This document shows, piece by piece, positions 32,667 through 46,890 of a stretch of 64,000 nt of DNA; the first letter of the stretch is position 1, and every line of letters begins with the position of its first letter. A program made the translations under genes and the position numbers. A model generated the notes under the pieces. The model made no database searches. It saw nothing but the letters and a program-made list of their open reading frames with translations, and had not been told where the DNA came from. Source of the DNA: Lingula anatina (lineage: Eukaryota > Animalia > Brachiopoda); NCBI GenBank assembly GCA_051362555.1, contig CM120642.1, positions 19,344,001-19,408,000 on the forward strand, given 5' to 3'.

Positions 32667-33450
32667 ATGGCTGGGTTTACGTGCTTTTTGTCCCGCTACT
32701 ACAATAACAGTAAGCGAGATCGACACATGAGGTTTAATAAGTTCCCAACAAACCCGTTAGAATGAAAAATATGGTAGAAAGAAAGGAAAATATAGCAGGT
32801 TTGGATCAAAAGCAGGGCACCGCGTTTGCGCTGAACATTTCGAAGGCGGGAAGAAAAACTATAATATTAGGAGATCAACGGTGCTTTATAAAAAACAGAA
32901 ATGCTTAGTTAAACAACGGATATAACGAACTATCGGCAAATAGAACTCGGGGGTAAAAAATGCGAGAAAAAAAACATTATAAAGATTTGAAGAAAAAATT
33001 GAAGAATAGCCCGGGGCCTAAAAATTAAGAAAAGACTTCAAGCATGAGATTATGGAAAAAGAAAGTAAAAGCTGTGAAGTTTTACACGGGGATTCTACTT
33101 ACAAAAAATTCAAGAACTTTCACGACTTTTTGTGTAACAACAAAGAGAAGGTTTGAAAAGTTTTGTATGTAATATCCTTTTTGTGTGTGTTTTATTGATA
33201 AGTGATCATTTTAAATGTTGTAGGCCCATCACAGGTTTTAGTCTCTAATAACCCTCAGCAGGGTGGGTTCTATTTTTTTTTTAACGTGAGACGTTAATAA
33301 AATTTTTATTATTATGTATTCAGTCCCGTATACGTAGGCTATTACTGATTTGTACAAACGGGGCTCATATTATCAAGATCAACAGAGACATACGAAGAAG
33401 AAAGTACATCGGCTCTTGTTGAACGCGTTATCGGCGAAATAAAAAGTTAT
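32667..33450 (+). pseudogene. THAP-domain DDE transposase relic (ISL2EU/Harbinger-type)
   Basis: Pieces MAGFTC..YNNSKRD..RFNKFP, GHRVCAEHFEGGKKNY, VKFYTG and VERVIGEIKSY, separated by stops, frameshifts and a large deletion. Confidence 0.65.
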
Positions 33451-33526
33451 TTATTTCTGAACTCAATGACAAGAGAATTGGAAAATACAAAAAAATGCAG
33501 AAAAGCCTTTCTGTAAGCTACACGTA

Positions 33527-35183
33527 CAGGGTTACTACTTAATATGGAATATTATTTTTTGGCAAGTTTATTTTCTACAAAATATTCATTTTCTCTCTAA
33601 CTACTTTAAATCCAAAACTGAGGTGTCACTCCATGTGTAGCCAGGTGTGTTACCTAATTACCATACAACTGTCGAAACAGTTGATGCATGCAGTTGCATG
33701 TTCTGTGGTCAGAAATGTGAGGGGTGGTATTTTCGGCAATTTCTTCCCTTGTATAAAAACGCATGGGTTGGCCAATCTTTGGAGTGTATTTAGAGAAGCA
33801 ACAAAGATATCGCTCTGAAACTTGACAGGTACCTTGAAGAAGATATGGTTCGACAGCTAAGCAACGCAGCTTACTATGGGATTCTTGCTCTCGGAGAAAA
33901 TGGCAAGATACTGACAGCTATTGCCAGGCAATGCAACATTTATCAGGAACCGTTAGTAAAGTCTTCCAAAGAAAAGCTACAAAAGGGGCACCAACCACAA
34001 TACTTCGACCAGGGTGTCCGCGTATCACACCAAGAAGACAGGATCGCCTTCTCCTCAGAGTGCGCCGTGCTGGTCGTACAAAGACAACCAGTGTCCTCAG
34101 AAAAGAGGGGCAGAAGGTCATTCAAACGCCCATTTCAAGATCCTTCGTGAACAAGAGATCACTGCAAGCCGGTTATTTTGCACGAAGGCCAGTAGGGAAA
34201 CCACTGTTAACAGCAGGTCATACACAGCGACGTCTGCAATAGGCTGGGGACACGTGCCTTTGCAACCAAAACATTGGAATCACGTCGTTTTCAGTAATGA
34301 GGCCAGATATGGAGTTTTTAGGGTTGATGGTCGAATCCATGTCCGCCGACGTGTACGAGAGGCATAAAACGATGATTGTGTACTGGCTAGGGTGCAAGCA
34401 GGGGGTGTTAACGTCTCTGTTTGAAGAGCATTTTATGCCGGTGCCCAGAACCAGTTGGTTTTTCTAGGAGGCAACCTCAACCAGGGTTCCTACAGAGACA
34501 TTCTACAGCAAACAATGCTTTGATTTGTAAGAGTCATCTCCAGGAACAACTTTGTGTACCAAGACGACTGCGCAACCCCACATCGAGCTCGCAGAATCAC
34601 TGTTTTTCTTCGAAACCAATGGGTTCAGCAACTGCCCTGGCCTGCAAACTCCTCAGATATGAACCCAATTGAAAGTCTGTGGGCGGAAGTAACTCACAGA
34701 ATTAATAGCTATGGTCATCGGCCGGTAAATAGTGATGAACTGCGACAGGCAAATATCACTGCGTGGAATGATATCCCCATCCAAACTCTAAAAAACTTTT
34801 CACAAGGTATGCCATGTAGGATGAGGGCGCTGCAAGCGGCTGCTGGAGGTCATACCTGCTATTGATGACTTTTCATGATTTACTGTAATGATTTCTTTGA
34901 CTGTGTAACATATCACTGTCGGGAGGCTATCATTTTCTTTAATATCTTAGCTTAAAATTAATACTGACATCAAACTGTTGATATGGTTTTCTGGGGGTGT
35001 TCTTTTCTTTTGAATGACATCTTATGTCAGATTTGATATTATTGACCAAAATATCTAACAATAGAAGACTGGATATTTTTATCACTCAATGGCATACGTT
35101 TTTGATGAATCAAGCCATTTTTTTTAAATCAGCCCTCAAAAATAACAATGATAAAAAATATTCCATATTAAGTGGTAACCCTG
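33527..35183 (+). mobile_element. Tc1 (DD34E) transposon, full length, decayed
   Basis: TA TSDs at 33525-33526 and 35184-35185, with 27-bp TIRs CAGGGTTAC(T/C)ACTTAATATGGAATATT. Confidence 0.95.
33845..34865 (+). pseudogene. Tc1 transposase pseudogene
   Basis: RPGCPRITPRRQDR, WNHVVFSNEARY, YQDDCATPHRAR-...-WPANSSDMNPIE (34 residues between D and E) and GGHTCY*, with stops and frameshifts. Confidence 0.9.
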
Positions 35184-35329
35184 TACATGATACATTGACA
35201 GAAAGCAATGCACGCTTCATACGACCTTTTTATATGCGCACCTTGTACATCATCTACACCTAGCATAGCCATGCTGGAAACAGCAGAGGACCACTATGAC
35301 CCCTGTGGCGCGCGGTTCCTGTCATGCGC

Positions 35330-38300
35330 ACTTCGTATTTCCGCAAAAGATGAAAAAGGTTGTTAGTTGCGACGATAGGATTATAGCTTGAAGAGGCTAA
35401 ACCCATGCTAAGGCGTGCCACGCGAAGCGAACTGTCCTTTTGTTCACTAGTTTGGCACGCGCAGCTGGTTTTTAGTGTTGCTAACAAACTGCTAGTTAAA
35501 TTTGTTATCAGTTATTTCATCCTATATGAAATTTCCGCAGTCAAAAATTGAACTAATTATTGTTTGTTTGGTTGAAATGCATGAGCGTCAGCATCAATCT
35601 GTCTCAAAAAATTCCTATTGCATTAATTTATGAATATATAATTTATTTATGTACTTACGTTTTAATTTGAAATATCTGCATTCAAGCGTTCAAGTATTTA
35701 TAAAACATGAATGATAATGAAAGAGGAATAAGGAAATAACATATTACTTATATTATGCTTATATTATAATATTGAAATTAAATGAGGTGCATTGACATAG
35801 GCGCAATGACAATCCAACTACAACGTGCAACAGGGGGAAGTCTGGCTGTATGATCATACAATATACGAAAGTACGGTCAATTAAAAGTGTAAATCATCAG
35901 TTAAAGAGGAGGGGGTCTTACTATAGCTCGCTATATATTGTTAAACCCGACTGTTATTATCTCTCGAACAAGCTTAAAGCATGCCTATACAATTACTGTG
36001 TCTCCGGCTGCCGTTCAGAAACACCATGTCGAACATATTTTGCTACAGTGAGAAACATGGTACACTAGCGACTTGTTTTAGATCACTCAAGAAAGGATGC
36101 ATACGTGCGACACCAGAGGAAAAACAATCAAGTATGCATCTGATCCATTAATAATAATTGCACAGTGCATGTTACTAGACCTTTGTCCTAACTCAGTAGT
36201 TAGGAATAGGATGTTTGGATAAAAAGCTTCTATTCAACTCGCTTAGACCTAGGGCGTGATGCTATCATCCGATGAAATACGTAACTGAACCCTCTACCTG
36301 AACCTGAAGTCCCTTTAGCTGAAACAAAAACTGCCCCTTGAACATGTCCATTTTTTAATCGTCAAATGATTTGTGATTTCATTGAACGTCTTTGATCGAA
36401 AGCTTTCAAGTGACAATAACCGAACCGTGTGTTGATTATTTATTAAAGCGTAATTAAGTTTATTCAACATGATCTATTTTGTAAACGATACTTGCCAAGA
36501 TTGAGCTTGGATTGATCACCGTCACTATTTAGCTACTCGCTGAACGACAGACAACTTAAAAATATTATCTGTGTAACTGTGCAAATGAACGCATTTAGTT
36601 AAAATATAACGAAGCCGGCATTTAATCCATCGAACATATTTATATTTGTTCTTTTAAAACCAGTGTAAGGTTAACGCCAAATCAAAGCAAGCCTTGCAGA
36701 CTGGTTTTGTTTAGACTGTCGTGCATCAAGTAAAGCTAAGTAAAACCTGTTTCTACTTCGCAGTGTTCATCCCAGCCATAAAACTGCATGAAGGATAACA
36801 AGACTCCGTAGACCTGTGCTTCAGGTATCCAGGAGTCCCGTGTAACACAATAATACCGAAGGCCTGAGAGTAATACATATATGAGGCCGTGTATGAAAGA
36901 TTTAACAAATTAGAAATTCAAGAATTTAAACATGCTAGGTACATGCACATCACTTAATAAGTCATTTCACAAAAATCGCATCTAATTGTTTAGATTAACC
37001 TTTACTTTTATCGATCTCATCCCATTGTCTCAACCATCTAAAAGAAATATAGAGAACATGAGGAAAAGTAACACGTTTACATGCAGGCGAAGGAGTTATA
37101 CTTCAATATTAATCGCGAACAATATCAACAGAGACTAAAGACCGTTGCCTGTCTTTCACACTTTTACACAAACACACGAAGGTTTAATAAAGGGAGTCGC
37201 GGCGCGATATCTATCTCTTTCATTCGAACAAGCAAATGGCTGACCCGAAGTAAGCTTTCTATACTAATGTCCTTTTTATTGTATATTGTAATTACTCTAC
37301 TTGCTCGCCTCCATTGTCTTGTAAAAGTGACAAAGAATGTGTTGTATTCACACTCGAGTTGAAAGAACTTTGCATAACTCCTTTGCCTTAAGTTGCATAA
37401 TGTCTTTCTCAAGGTTATAATCAGTGTGAAGAGGGTGTCTTGCCTCATTTAAAAAGGGTGTTGTTCTTCATACTGGTTGTTGCTTAACTTATGCTAATCT
37501 TAAACTTTTATGTACCAATATGGTTTTAATAAATCGCCAAAATTATGAATTTAATGAACATTGTGTATCAAACGTTTTGATACGATTTAAATAAATGGAC
37601 GAGGAGGATTACGGTATTAGGTTCTTTTTACATCTGGCTTTAACTTCGCCCTGCTATATAAATGAACAAATGTTGCAGATCGTAACAAAAAACTTTCTTA
37701 TAGTGTTTTATGACATATATGATTTACACATTTGATAGTGAAACACTCCTCGACTTTAACGAATCACCTGACGTAAACTGTCTACCCGCGCTCCCCGAAA
37801 AAAACTGTTTCTTTTAATTTTGAAATGAATTGCTTTTAAGGCAAAGAAATCCATTAAACCCTTTAGTCTCAATATCATTGTACAGCATGTTGTAATCGAT
37901 ATTTAAAAAAGTTAATTTTTGTACTCCGCTTTCATCGAGGATACTCAAGTTGAGGTTACAATTACGTCGCTCGCCCATGCTACTGGAATATATATTTAAG
38001 GACAAATTAAGCTTTGTAAAGTCCCTATTGTCACACACCATAGATACTTTATTTTGTCTTGAATGAAAAAATAGCCTCAAATTATCGTTTTGTGCTTAAA
38101 CCTTTCATTACTTGAACCAAGATCTGTACTATAGCTACCAAGACGTACATGCATCAAGTTGGGTCTGCTGGGGGAGGGGAGCATTTAAATAATAAACGAG
38201 GAAGTCTACCTGCAAAAGCAGCAGCAGTGGTTTAAATAATCGCTATCTAGACTCCTTTTTCTTTGACAGCAACATAAAAAGTGTTTAGGGAGAAAGTCAC

Positions 38301-39385
38301 ACAAAGACCTGACGTTGTTTTGTCTTCAGCATTTCCTCTTCCTTGTTATCTGCAATTACTATCGTCAATTAATGAAATCGAGAAAGCAATTAAGTGACGG
38401 CACATTGAATACAGTCACTAGGTGCATTTCGCTGAGTGTTTACAAGATCTTGCGACACATTTTATCGCCACGCGTTCTAGTTTGATTAGTTTAGAAAATT
38501 AAACAGTTACTCTGGCGGCTCTCCGTCATTGCTATGAATCTGACATCGAATTTAGTCCAAAATATTAGTAAATTCAGAATTATTAGCTAAAACGTAAATT
38601 GCCCTAATTTGTCAGATAATCAAAAATGCCGGTGATCCCCGCGGAGGGTACGCTTTCCTGAAGGTAGCGGCGACGAACGGCGAAGATATTTTTCTGAATA
38701 GTGAACCTTTATTAGTTACGAAAAGACTCCTTTTCAACAGGCGCGTTTTATTAATTACTTCATGTCACAAAGTTAATTTATACAGGCAAAACTTTATTCA
38801 AGGAAATAGTTTCACGAGATGAACGAGAGTAAAATATACGTCGGCACAATTATAAGGCATATAACAATGAGTCATGTTATGGATCATGTTATGGGCTATG
38901 TCGGATTATAATGGCATACCTTGATGCAAAACAGTCTATCGTTTCTTCCACCGCGAGTCCCTTTATTTAATGTAATGTATTACTCATTACCCGTTTCATT
39001 TGACACTCTCTCTTTTTATCTCCCTTCCCCTTTCTCTTGTTAGAAGGAGGGTAAATAATTAAGCACTCAAAATCTGCACCACCAATCTTCAGAAAAACAT
39101 AAGTCAACGAACCAGTGGGCTGATTCACAACATCCGACACAGCAGAATGAATCAAATAACAGCTAGCACAAATTTATATGCAGTTAGCTATAGTGTCACT
39201 ACATACATAATCAGCTGCACGCGCGAAGCTGTTGAACAAAAGGATAGTTCGCTACGGGAGACCGTTTGTTTACATAAGTACTCTAAGGGGGCGTGGTTAC
39301 CCAGGCGACCAGGGGATTAGGCTAGTTACTATATGCCGTCAACAATCGTTTAGCGACCCTATCATTATACACTCTCTCTATTGTA
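35330..39385. repeat. Upstream segments paralogous to ~55075-56570
   Basis: 35330-36320 matches 55075-56030 (direct), 37690-37830 matches 56090-56230 (inverted), and 39115-39385 matches 56300-56570 (direct). Confidence 0.8.
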
Positions 39386-41594
39386 TTTTCCACCGCATTA
39401 ATCGCAGTGTAATCTTCAAATGGTCCACGGGGTAAATGTACACATTCTTAATCCTAGTACGGTATCTATCTACTTTTTATAGGACTGCCCATATCATTTT
39501 CAAGGACGGTTCATTTCAATATTAAAACAAAAATCAATTTCTCGGATATGAATATGTTTTAGGCATTTAAGTGGAATTGTCCAATATACTTTCTATCATT
39601 TGATATGTTTTTCATTAAATGTCAAATATCAGCTTAGAATTCCAAGTAAAAGAAGTAGGCAAAAACATTTCAAGCATATAAGGGAACTTTACTAAACATA
39701 TTACTATGAAATCGCAAAAGCTTTCAATAGTGAGGGATGTTATAAGTTATTTTCCACAAAAAAAGTCTCTTCGTCAACTCGTTTTCCCTACTCTCCAATG
39801 CTTCAAAGTCGAGTACACTTTTATTAAGATCCAAAGATCTATAATGATAAATCAGTCACATTGACCAACCATTGCAATGCATATCCAATCAAGGAGGCTT
39901 TGGCATTTGTATTACACCTTAGGAATTAATATTTCGTGATGTGGCTTTATTTCCTTTCACGTGCCATTGTGTTTACCAGTAATTTTTTTCATCATTATAT
40001 ATTTTAATTAAAATGGTGAGATCACGTAGGAACCTATATAGGAAGTGGGGGTTCATTTCGACCTTATTAAATTCTAAATGTGTGTTTGTGTGGGTGCGCG
40101 CGTGTTTGTTCAAAATCTGCCATGAGTCAACATTGATCTAGAGAATCAGTATATATTTCTATAGGCTGCGTTTCTGGATAATGATGTTGAAGACAAGTAC
40201 CAATGAAAGTTATGTGTGCCAGAGACGAAATCTTGAATTAAACTGTAAGGGATTATTCTCCAGATATTCCAATTACAGTTACACCTTTTTTTAACCAACC
40301 AGACTCGAAGGAATCAAAATCAATTTTAAGTGTGTGAAACTTACCACTCACAAGCCAATTAGCAAGGGGTAGGGAGTAGATTTATTAGCACCCCCATTCC
40401 ACCACCACTCTTCCTCTCAAGACTGAGAAAGTTGCAAAAATTACTGGGGGTATATCTATATTCACTATTTCCCCTATAACCCCTTACCCCTGGCTTCTAC
40501 TTCAATGTCCACCCTATTTTAATACCCCCTGTACCTAAATGAGTCATCTGAATAGCCTCGCGGCAACAACTTACTATCCTTTGTGGCAGCAACTCAACTG
40601 AATATCTAATAATAAATATATGTTTGGTTTTTTACGAATGTCCGTATTTTTTTCAAGAACGTTTCATTTCCTCAGACAAAGTCAGCTTTTTGTTATGTTG
40701 AACACTCGTAATGTCATTTTTTTCTTTAAACAGGTAACGACCTCTCGGAATGAAGGGATCAACCAATTTAAAAACAGCTGTTCACTAAACTTATCTTATA
40801 CCATGTGTTTGTTTTGAAAAAAATAGAAAAAAGGAAGAAAATAGAAGGTATCGCAAGGTCAAAATCTAGTCACTTGTTGAATACTTACCAGATTATGATT
40901 TGATTTCAAATACCATCTCAACAAACTAAAAACTATCCAGATACCAAGGATGAGGTTTTCCTGCCTCTAATTATTCCACACTGCATCTATCTTTGTGCTA
41001 ATTTAAAACAAAGAAATTCGAAATATAATACATCGGCGTTTATAATTCTCGTTGCAATGCATAAGCAAGACAAAGCTTTAATCGTCAATTTAACACCTTT
41101 ATAAGTTGAGGTGAGATAGCAATCGGTATGGGACGTAACTCCATGCGTGAACAAGATTTAATCACGAAAATTGGCAGAGTTGACCTTGAGTTTAAATTCA
41201 ATGTCAGTCCGATGAATTATTATTATCATTATTATTATTATTAATTGTATCAGTAGTAGTAGTTGCTTGTAGTAATGGTAGTTGATTATAGATATAACTT
41301 TGTCACTGTTTTATATTCTGATGAGCCGTAGGCCTCAAAGGTTTAATAAATTGAATTAAATTGAAAGGCTTCAGTCCCATGCCGTCATTGTGGTTTAAAT
41401 GTTTTTGTTATGAAGTTACGAGCTCCTAATTAGATTTTTATTAAACAAAGGCATTATTTTGCTTTTTCATTGATAATTTCTGAATGGATACTTTAAAGAA
41501 AAATCTCTGGCAGGGTTTTGAGGTACTAAATTGTGTCATTAAATCGGCGTTAAAACGGTAATCGTGGGTGCTCAGGTAAAAGAAGTTTGAGAAA

Positions 41595-41629
<35 letters not shown>

Positions 41630-42707
41630 CAAAATCGCAATTAAGATGACATATGTAAATGTTAATTAATTAGTAACTGAACACTTAAGATTTATCTGTT
41701 ACCCAAAAGAATGTACGTAGGGCAGTAAATAAGGGGTTTGGGGCGAAGGGTGACAAAATCCTCATGGCACAGTCACCCATGCTGTATTCGCTGCAGTCTG
41801 GGCAAAAGCTGCTTTTTTCTGTTGTTTTTCTATAATTCTTCTCATTACATAATCAGATGGTCCTCTAATAATCAAGGCTTAGGCAAGACTAAGTTTTTTA
41901 GTCTTATTTCAGTGTAAAGCGTTTCGTTACACTTCGTATTTTGTATCTAGATGGTCCTTCGAGAGTCAAAAATTATAACTCAGTCTTCTTAGTCCCATAT
42001 CTGTGAAATCTGTCGAAAGACAGTTATATATTAAGTATCGATAGTGACTTATTGATGAACACTTGAAGTGATGATTTGGATGTAACCTAGACACAAACAG
42101 ATAATTTTATGACAATCTTTTATGGATAGACAGTAACGTTAACATTGTATAAACCGAAACAACTATGTAAGAAATAGTTCGTACTACTTTACTTTAACAG
42201 TGCCTTCAGTGTCACTGAGGGAATATTTTTGGCGGGGATAAGGTGGAGTCAAAAGATTTTAGATGTAACAGTAGCCGTCTTTTATGCATTCTATATCGTT
42301 AGGTAGAACCTTCCACTTCTCGGTTGAATGAACTATGGCACGTTATTTGTAACGATACTGAGTACTTTCTCAATTTCTGTTGTTGTTTTTTCTTCTGTTT
42401 CGTGATTACCAGTAACATCATACTGTGGTATTTCATGCATTCTAGATCTTTAGGTAGAACCTTGCACTCCTCGTTTTAGTGAACTCTTGCGCTTGATTTG
42501 TAACGATACTGCAGAGCACACACACACAAACACAGACATATATTTCGTCCTTGTTTTATTTAGGTCCCTAACAAAATAATTAACGGACTTAAGTTACACT
42601 GGTTGTTATCTCAATTTTTAATTTTTCTCCAGTTTCGAGAAAATAAAATATATAATGAAAGAAAGTGGCAATTTGTATTGTTATTGTTGTTTTGACTTAT
42701 CAGAGCA

Positions 42708-42708
42708 T

Positions 42709-42759
<51 letters not shown>
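42708..42759. repeat. (TAA)n microsatellite
   Basis: Direct reading. Confidence 0.95.
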
Positions 42760-42760
<1 letters not shown>

Positions 42761-43447
42761 CATATTTTGTGAAGATATGAGGTGTTGGTAGGAAGGACCT
42801 TTAAGTGAGTGGGGGGCGGGTGAAAGCAAGCAGGAAAAAAGGAGCAACATCAGATGGGGACAAGGGGGTAATGGCAAAAAGAGTAATATATCAATGATTA
42901 ATTTAACTGTACCTTTGGTTCAAAAAGGGTCCCCTGGCCGCTGACGTGCTTGGAAAAGGAAGATACTGAATTCCCGGCTCCTGCACAAATTTCGTCTTAC
43001 AACAATATTTTTAAAATATACCAGAGGTGCACCGAATTTATACGATTGTACTTTATTAACTTTAATTGTAGGAAATACTCTATCCAAAGTGAACTACATT
43101 TCACCTTACATTCACTACACTGGTCATAGCCTCCAGATCAAAACAGTTTCAACTTCTTGGATTCTGTAATATACCTGTGATCCTCGGTTGAAAACCCATA
43201 ATCAATTTTCAGTATTCATGGTGATATTAATATGCTCTTCTTATAATCTGAAAGATTTACTCTCAAGATTACCATGGTCATAAAGGAGAGTAAAAGATTT
43301 ACATTTTGATCTGACAGCAAAATATGTCCCATTCTAAACTTCTTCTAGTCACCACCCTGTCATTCAACTATACTGTTTCAAACAAATGTAACGCCAGGAC
43401 AATCATCCAATACAATAAGCAAAATAAACAGCAAAAACAACAGTAAG

Positions 43448-43487
<40 letters not shown>

Positions 43488-44884
43488 TGATGATGATGTC
43501 ATAAAAACATACGAGAGTAAATTATGCTCAATCTGTACCAAACATTCATTTAGTTGAAAAAAAAAAGGAATATAAGTTAGAGAAGTTTATTAATTTAACA
43601 TTTTAGGTGTTTTCTTTACTAACAACCTCAATGTTCTGAACATGTTGATAATCCCATTGAAGCATATACTAATTAGGTCGTTGTCATAATGACTGACCAG
43701 TCACTTTAAGCGAAAATCAACCCTTATAAATTTAATCAAAGGAAAAAGACAAGTAATAAACGATTGATGTGTACGATAAAAGTGCTTATTTACCCGGAAA
43801 AAAGCATTCGACGGGAAAATCTTGTGGGGTGTACCCTTAACTTTCTGTAGTATTAGAAGCAATTCAGTTGTTTCTCTTCATTTTCTTAAGATAGCTTTGC
43901 ATTATCCTATGTCATGATTTTGTGAAGTGACAGGATTTGATTTTAGCAGGGAATTGGAACCAGATAATTAAAACAGGGAATACCTGTAAAATTCAAAGTG
44001 CCCTTGACCGAATGGGTCCTTTTATATTGCACTGCTCACTTGTTAACCTAGGGTTAAACAGGGAAATCGTATTCCACAACAGAGCAATTAACATTTGATG
44101 CACCTGCACATGATCTGATGAGGTAAGTTTGGTACATTTAAGTTGGCGTAGATAAAACACTTGTGTGCATGAATTTTATAGATGTATTCAACACGTCGTT
44201 CAAACCATTTAAGGTTGTTAGAATGGAAACAGAACAGTCAGTAATGAAAACACCACATTAGGTACGCTCCAGAAAAATATTTGTAGGGCTTAATCATTTA
44301 AAGGCTTAAGAAAGGTTACATAAAAAGCTGTGGATGGCAAAAATAAACAAATTGTGGCCATTTTCTAACCTATGGAATATTGTATAACACCCAACACTTA
44401 CTTTCTGAAAATAGCGTTTGGGAGCTTTTGCTTATTTTAATCTTATTGCATTCATTCTTTTCTTTTTCATTTTTTTTTTATTTACACATATTTGTATAAC
44501 TTTCTCTAAATAAACGTATTACTATTTATCATAGTTATAATATTAAAACAAAAATAGTGATGAAAAATACTGACAATAAGCATTAAAAATAACACAATAT
44601 ACTCTCATTGAATCAGAAAATACTATTTTAAAAAACTCATACATTGTAAACAACCTTTACATATGTTCTTCATTAAATTATGAAAAAGTCTACATTTTTT
44701 TCTTATTTTAACGTTAACGACAGGTCCATCTCAAAGATTTGAATAACACTGGTATCTGAAATGCACATCCCCTATAATATGCATGTCCAAAAGCAATTTA
44801 TCGGCAGTTAAAACCACAGATCATCAACAGAGATACCAAAAGGCATTTACAACCTAAACTTTACTGCATTTCACATCTATACAG

Positions 44885-45508
44885 CTAGTACGCCCCAATA
44901 CAAAAAAACATCATTGGTAACACCAACAGTCCCCATACCCCCAAAGACAAAAGCTGCCCACTGCTGGATGGTGTACGGTCGGTTACTTCAGGGAGCAGCA
45001 ATTCTGTCGGTGTCTTTCGATTAGACCCGCGGTCAGTGCGAGCTGCACAAGACTGGATCTTCACGCGGTCTCGTACCTCTATCAGGAAATCAATACCTCT
45101 GTAACTGTAGGTCGGCATTCTCTCGGCAAACTTATCTTGCAATACTGACAAAAAAGGCAACCCATCTCTGTACGTTTTTACTGTTGCCCGTAACAATAAT
45201 CCAAAGTCTCCTACAACAGCACCGTAGTCTCTCGTTTCAGGCTGATCAAGGTTCGAGCTGTTCACTGCGCGACATCTGTGATTTATCCTTCTCCTTACCT
45301 CCCAGACGTTCCGAAAATCATTGGCCAAGCTTATCTTTCCTAATGAGAGACGTTTGCCAAAATCTTCACAGGCGCTAATGGTCTCATTCACGTTATTTTT
45401 TTCGTTTTTGGGAGTCTTAAAAATCAAGGTGAGTGTGTATGCCGCCTTGAACATGTGTTTCAATAGTGACGGGCACGGGTCCGACTCTTCCTCGCCTGGG
45501 CAGCGCTC
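44885..45508 (-). CDS. Coding exon 3 with hydrophobic C-terminal (GPI/membrane) tail
   Basis: TTTTTAATCCAG|GAG CGC TGC in phase 0, ending SSSGQLLSLGVWGLLVLPMMFFCIGAY*. The spliced CDS is 1815 nt, 604 aa. Confidence 0.8.
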   Translation of the reverse strand, partial: ERCPGEEESDPCPSLLKHMFKAAYTLTLIFKTPKNEKNNVNETISACEDFGKRLSLGKISLANDFRNVWEVRRRINHRCRAVNSSNLDQPETRDYGAVVGDFGLLLRATVKTYRDGLPFLSVLQDKFAERMPTYSYRGIDFLIEVRDRVKIQSCAARTDRGSNRKTPTELLLPEVTDRTPSSSGQLLSLGVWGLLVLPMMFFCIGAY

Positions 45509-45809
45509 CTGGATTAAAAAAGAAAGCCAATCACACCCTCTACCACCATGACCAGTCAATGATTAACAATGTATAAACGCTTATAATATTTATTATTCTG
45601 CAAAAAATTTAGATTTTTCACTAATGTCAGAGAAACCGCACAAAGCGTTTGCATGGTTTTTGCTCAGTTTCAGTAAAGTGATACTTTGTATCAGCCAAAC
45701 GCATTGGTTAACGACGTTGTGCAAACCGAGAAAATGTATCTTTCTGTACTTTGTTTGAGAGACCGAGAAATGTCCCATGTGTCACAATCCGAATGGAAGT
45801 TTCGAAGTC

Positions 45810-45811
<2 letters not shown>

Positions 45812-45856
<45 letters not shown>
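45812..45856. repeat. (CA)n microsatellite, intronic
   Basis: Direct reading. Confidence 0.95.
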
Positions 45857-45860
<4 letters not shown>

Positions 45861-46168
45861 CTTGCGACCAGCCATATTATGAGAAATTCATTTTTTACCT
45901 ATTTTTTAAATGCATTAGGTACACATGTACAGTATAAACCAGTTGGTTATATTAATTTCGACTGAATCCATGAAAAAATATTCATGCTGAATATATGATC
46001 TAAATCGCCTACGCTGTTAGACAAAAAAAAAAACATGAAATTTAGTTGCTATGCAAAAGCAAAATAAATTCTCATTTACGATTTACATATATTTGCTGTT
46101 TGTTAAACAATTTCACAAATTTGTCTTGGCTAATCAAGTAGTCTGTACTAACAATACCCTCTCCTTAC

Positions 46169-46275
46169 CATAATAGTGTGACCGTTATTTGCCGTACAGG
46201 AATCTGGTATTGCGGGTGCAACTAAATCCACAAGGGCGCGAAATCCAAAGGGGCTGAAATTTCTCATCTCTTCCT
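46169..46275 (-). CDS. Coding exon 2 (107 bp, not in the ORF track)
   Basis: TTTCAG|AG GAA GAG ATG ... ATT ATG|GTAAGG, encoding EEMRNFSPFGFRALVDLVAPAIPDSCTANNGHTIM. It converts phase 1 to phase 0 exactly as required. Confidence 0.85.
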
Positions 46276-46890
46276 CTGAAACTTCACACATAAATGGCAA
46301 TGTAAAATTTCGGGTAGTAGTTTTTTTATCAAACGAAAATTAAGGTATACATATATTAAATGTCATTAAGACCTGATATTTTCCTTTCCAGTATATCTTA
46401 CCTAATAGAAGGATATGAAAAGTATTTGTGAGAAAACCCAGGCAGATTGCTGGGCTCCGGTAAACCACGTCATTCTAAAAATAATATTCAAAGCCCCACT
46501 GCGTACAGTGAGGGTTTTCATATGATCTTATTTTAAATGATACTATCATTATTAATGTTATTTTTATTATTATTATTATTAACAGGCTCTTGGTGTTATC
46601 CTACCTTGGGGTCCATTGCCCCAGAAATCTTATGATTATTTTTACGTAGGCAATCACCATTTTTATCAACATGAGAAAAGCTGAGGAAAATGAGTGTTCA
46701 TATATGGGTAAACGTAAATTAATGTCATGGGGTTGACTTAATTATCATCAAACATGTCTCGAAACATGCGTGATATCGCTATTCGCGTGCGGGCGACAAA
46801 TACATAACCGCCCTTAAGGCCAATGCAAATGGTATAACGACATAAGTTAATTAAAATGAAAAAGCCGCTTATATTCGAGCATTTAATTAC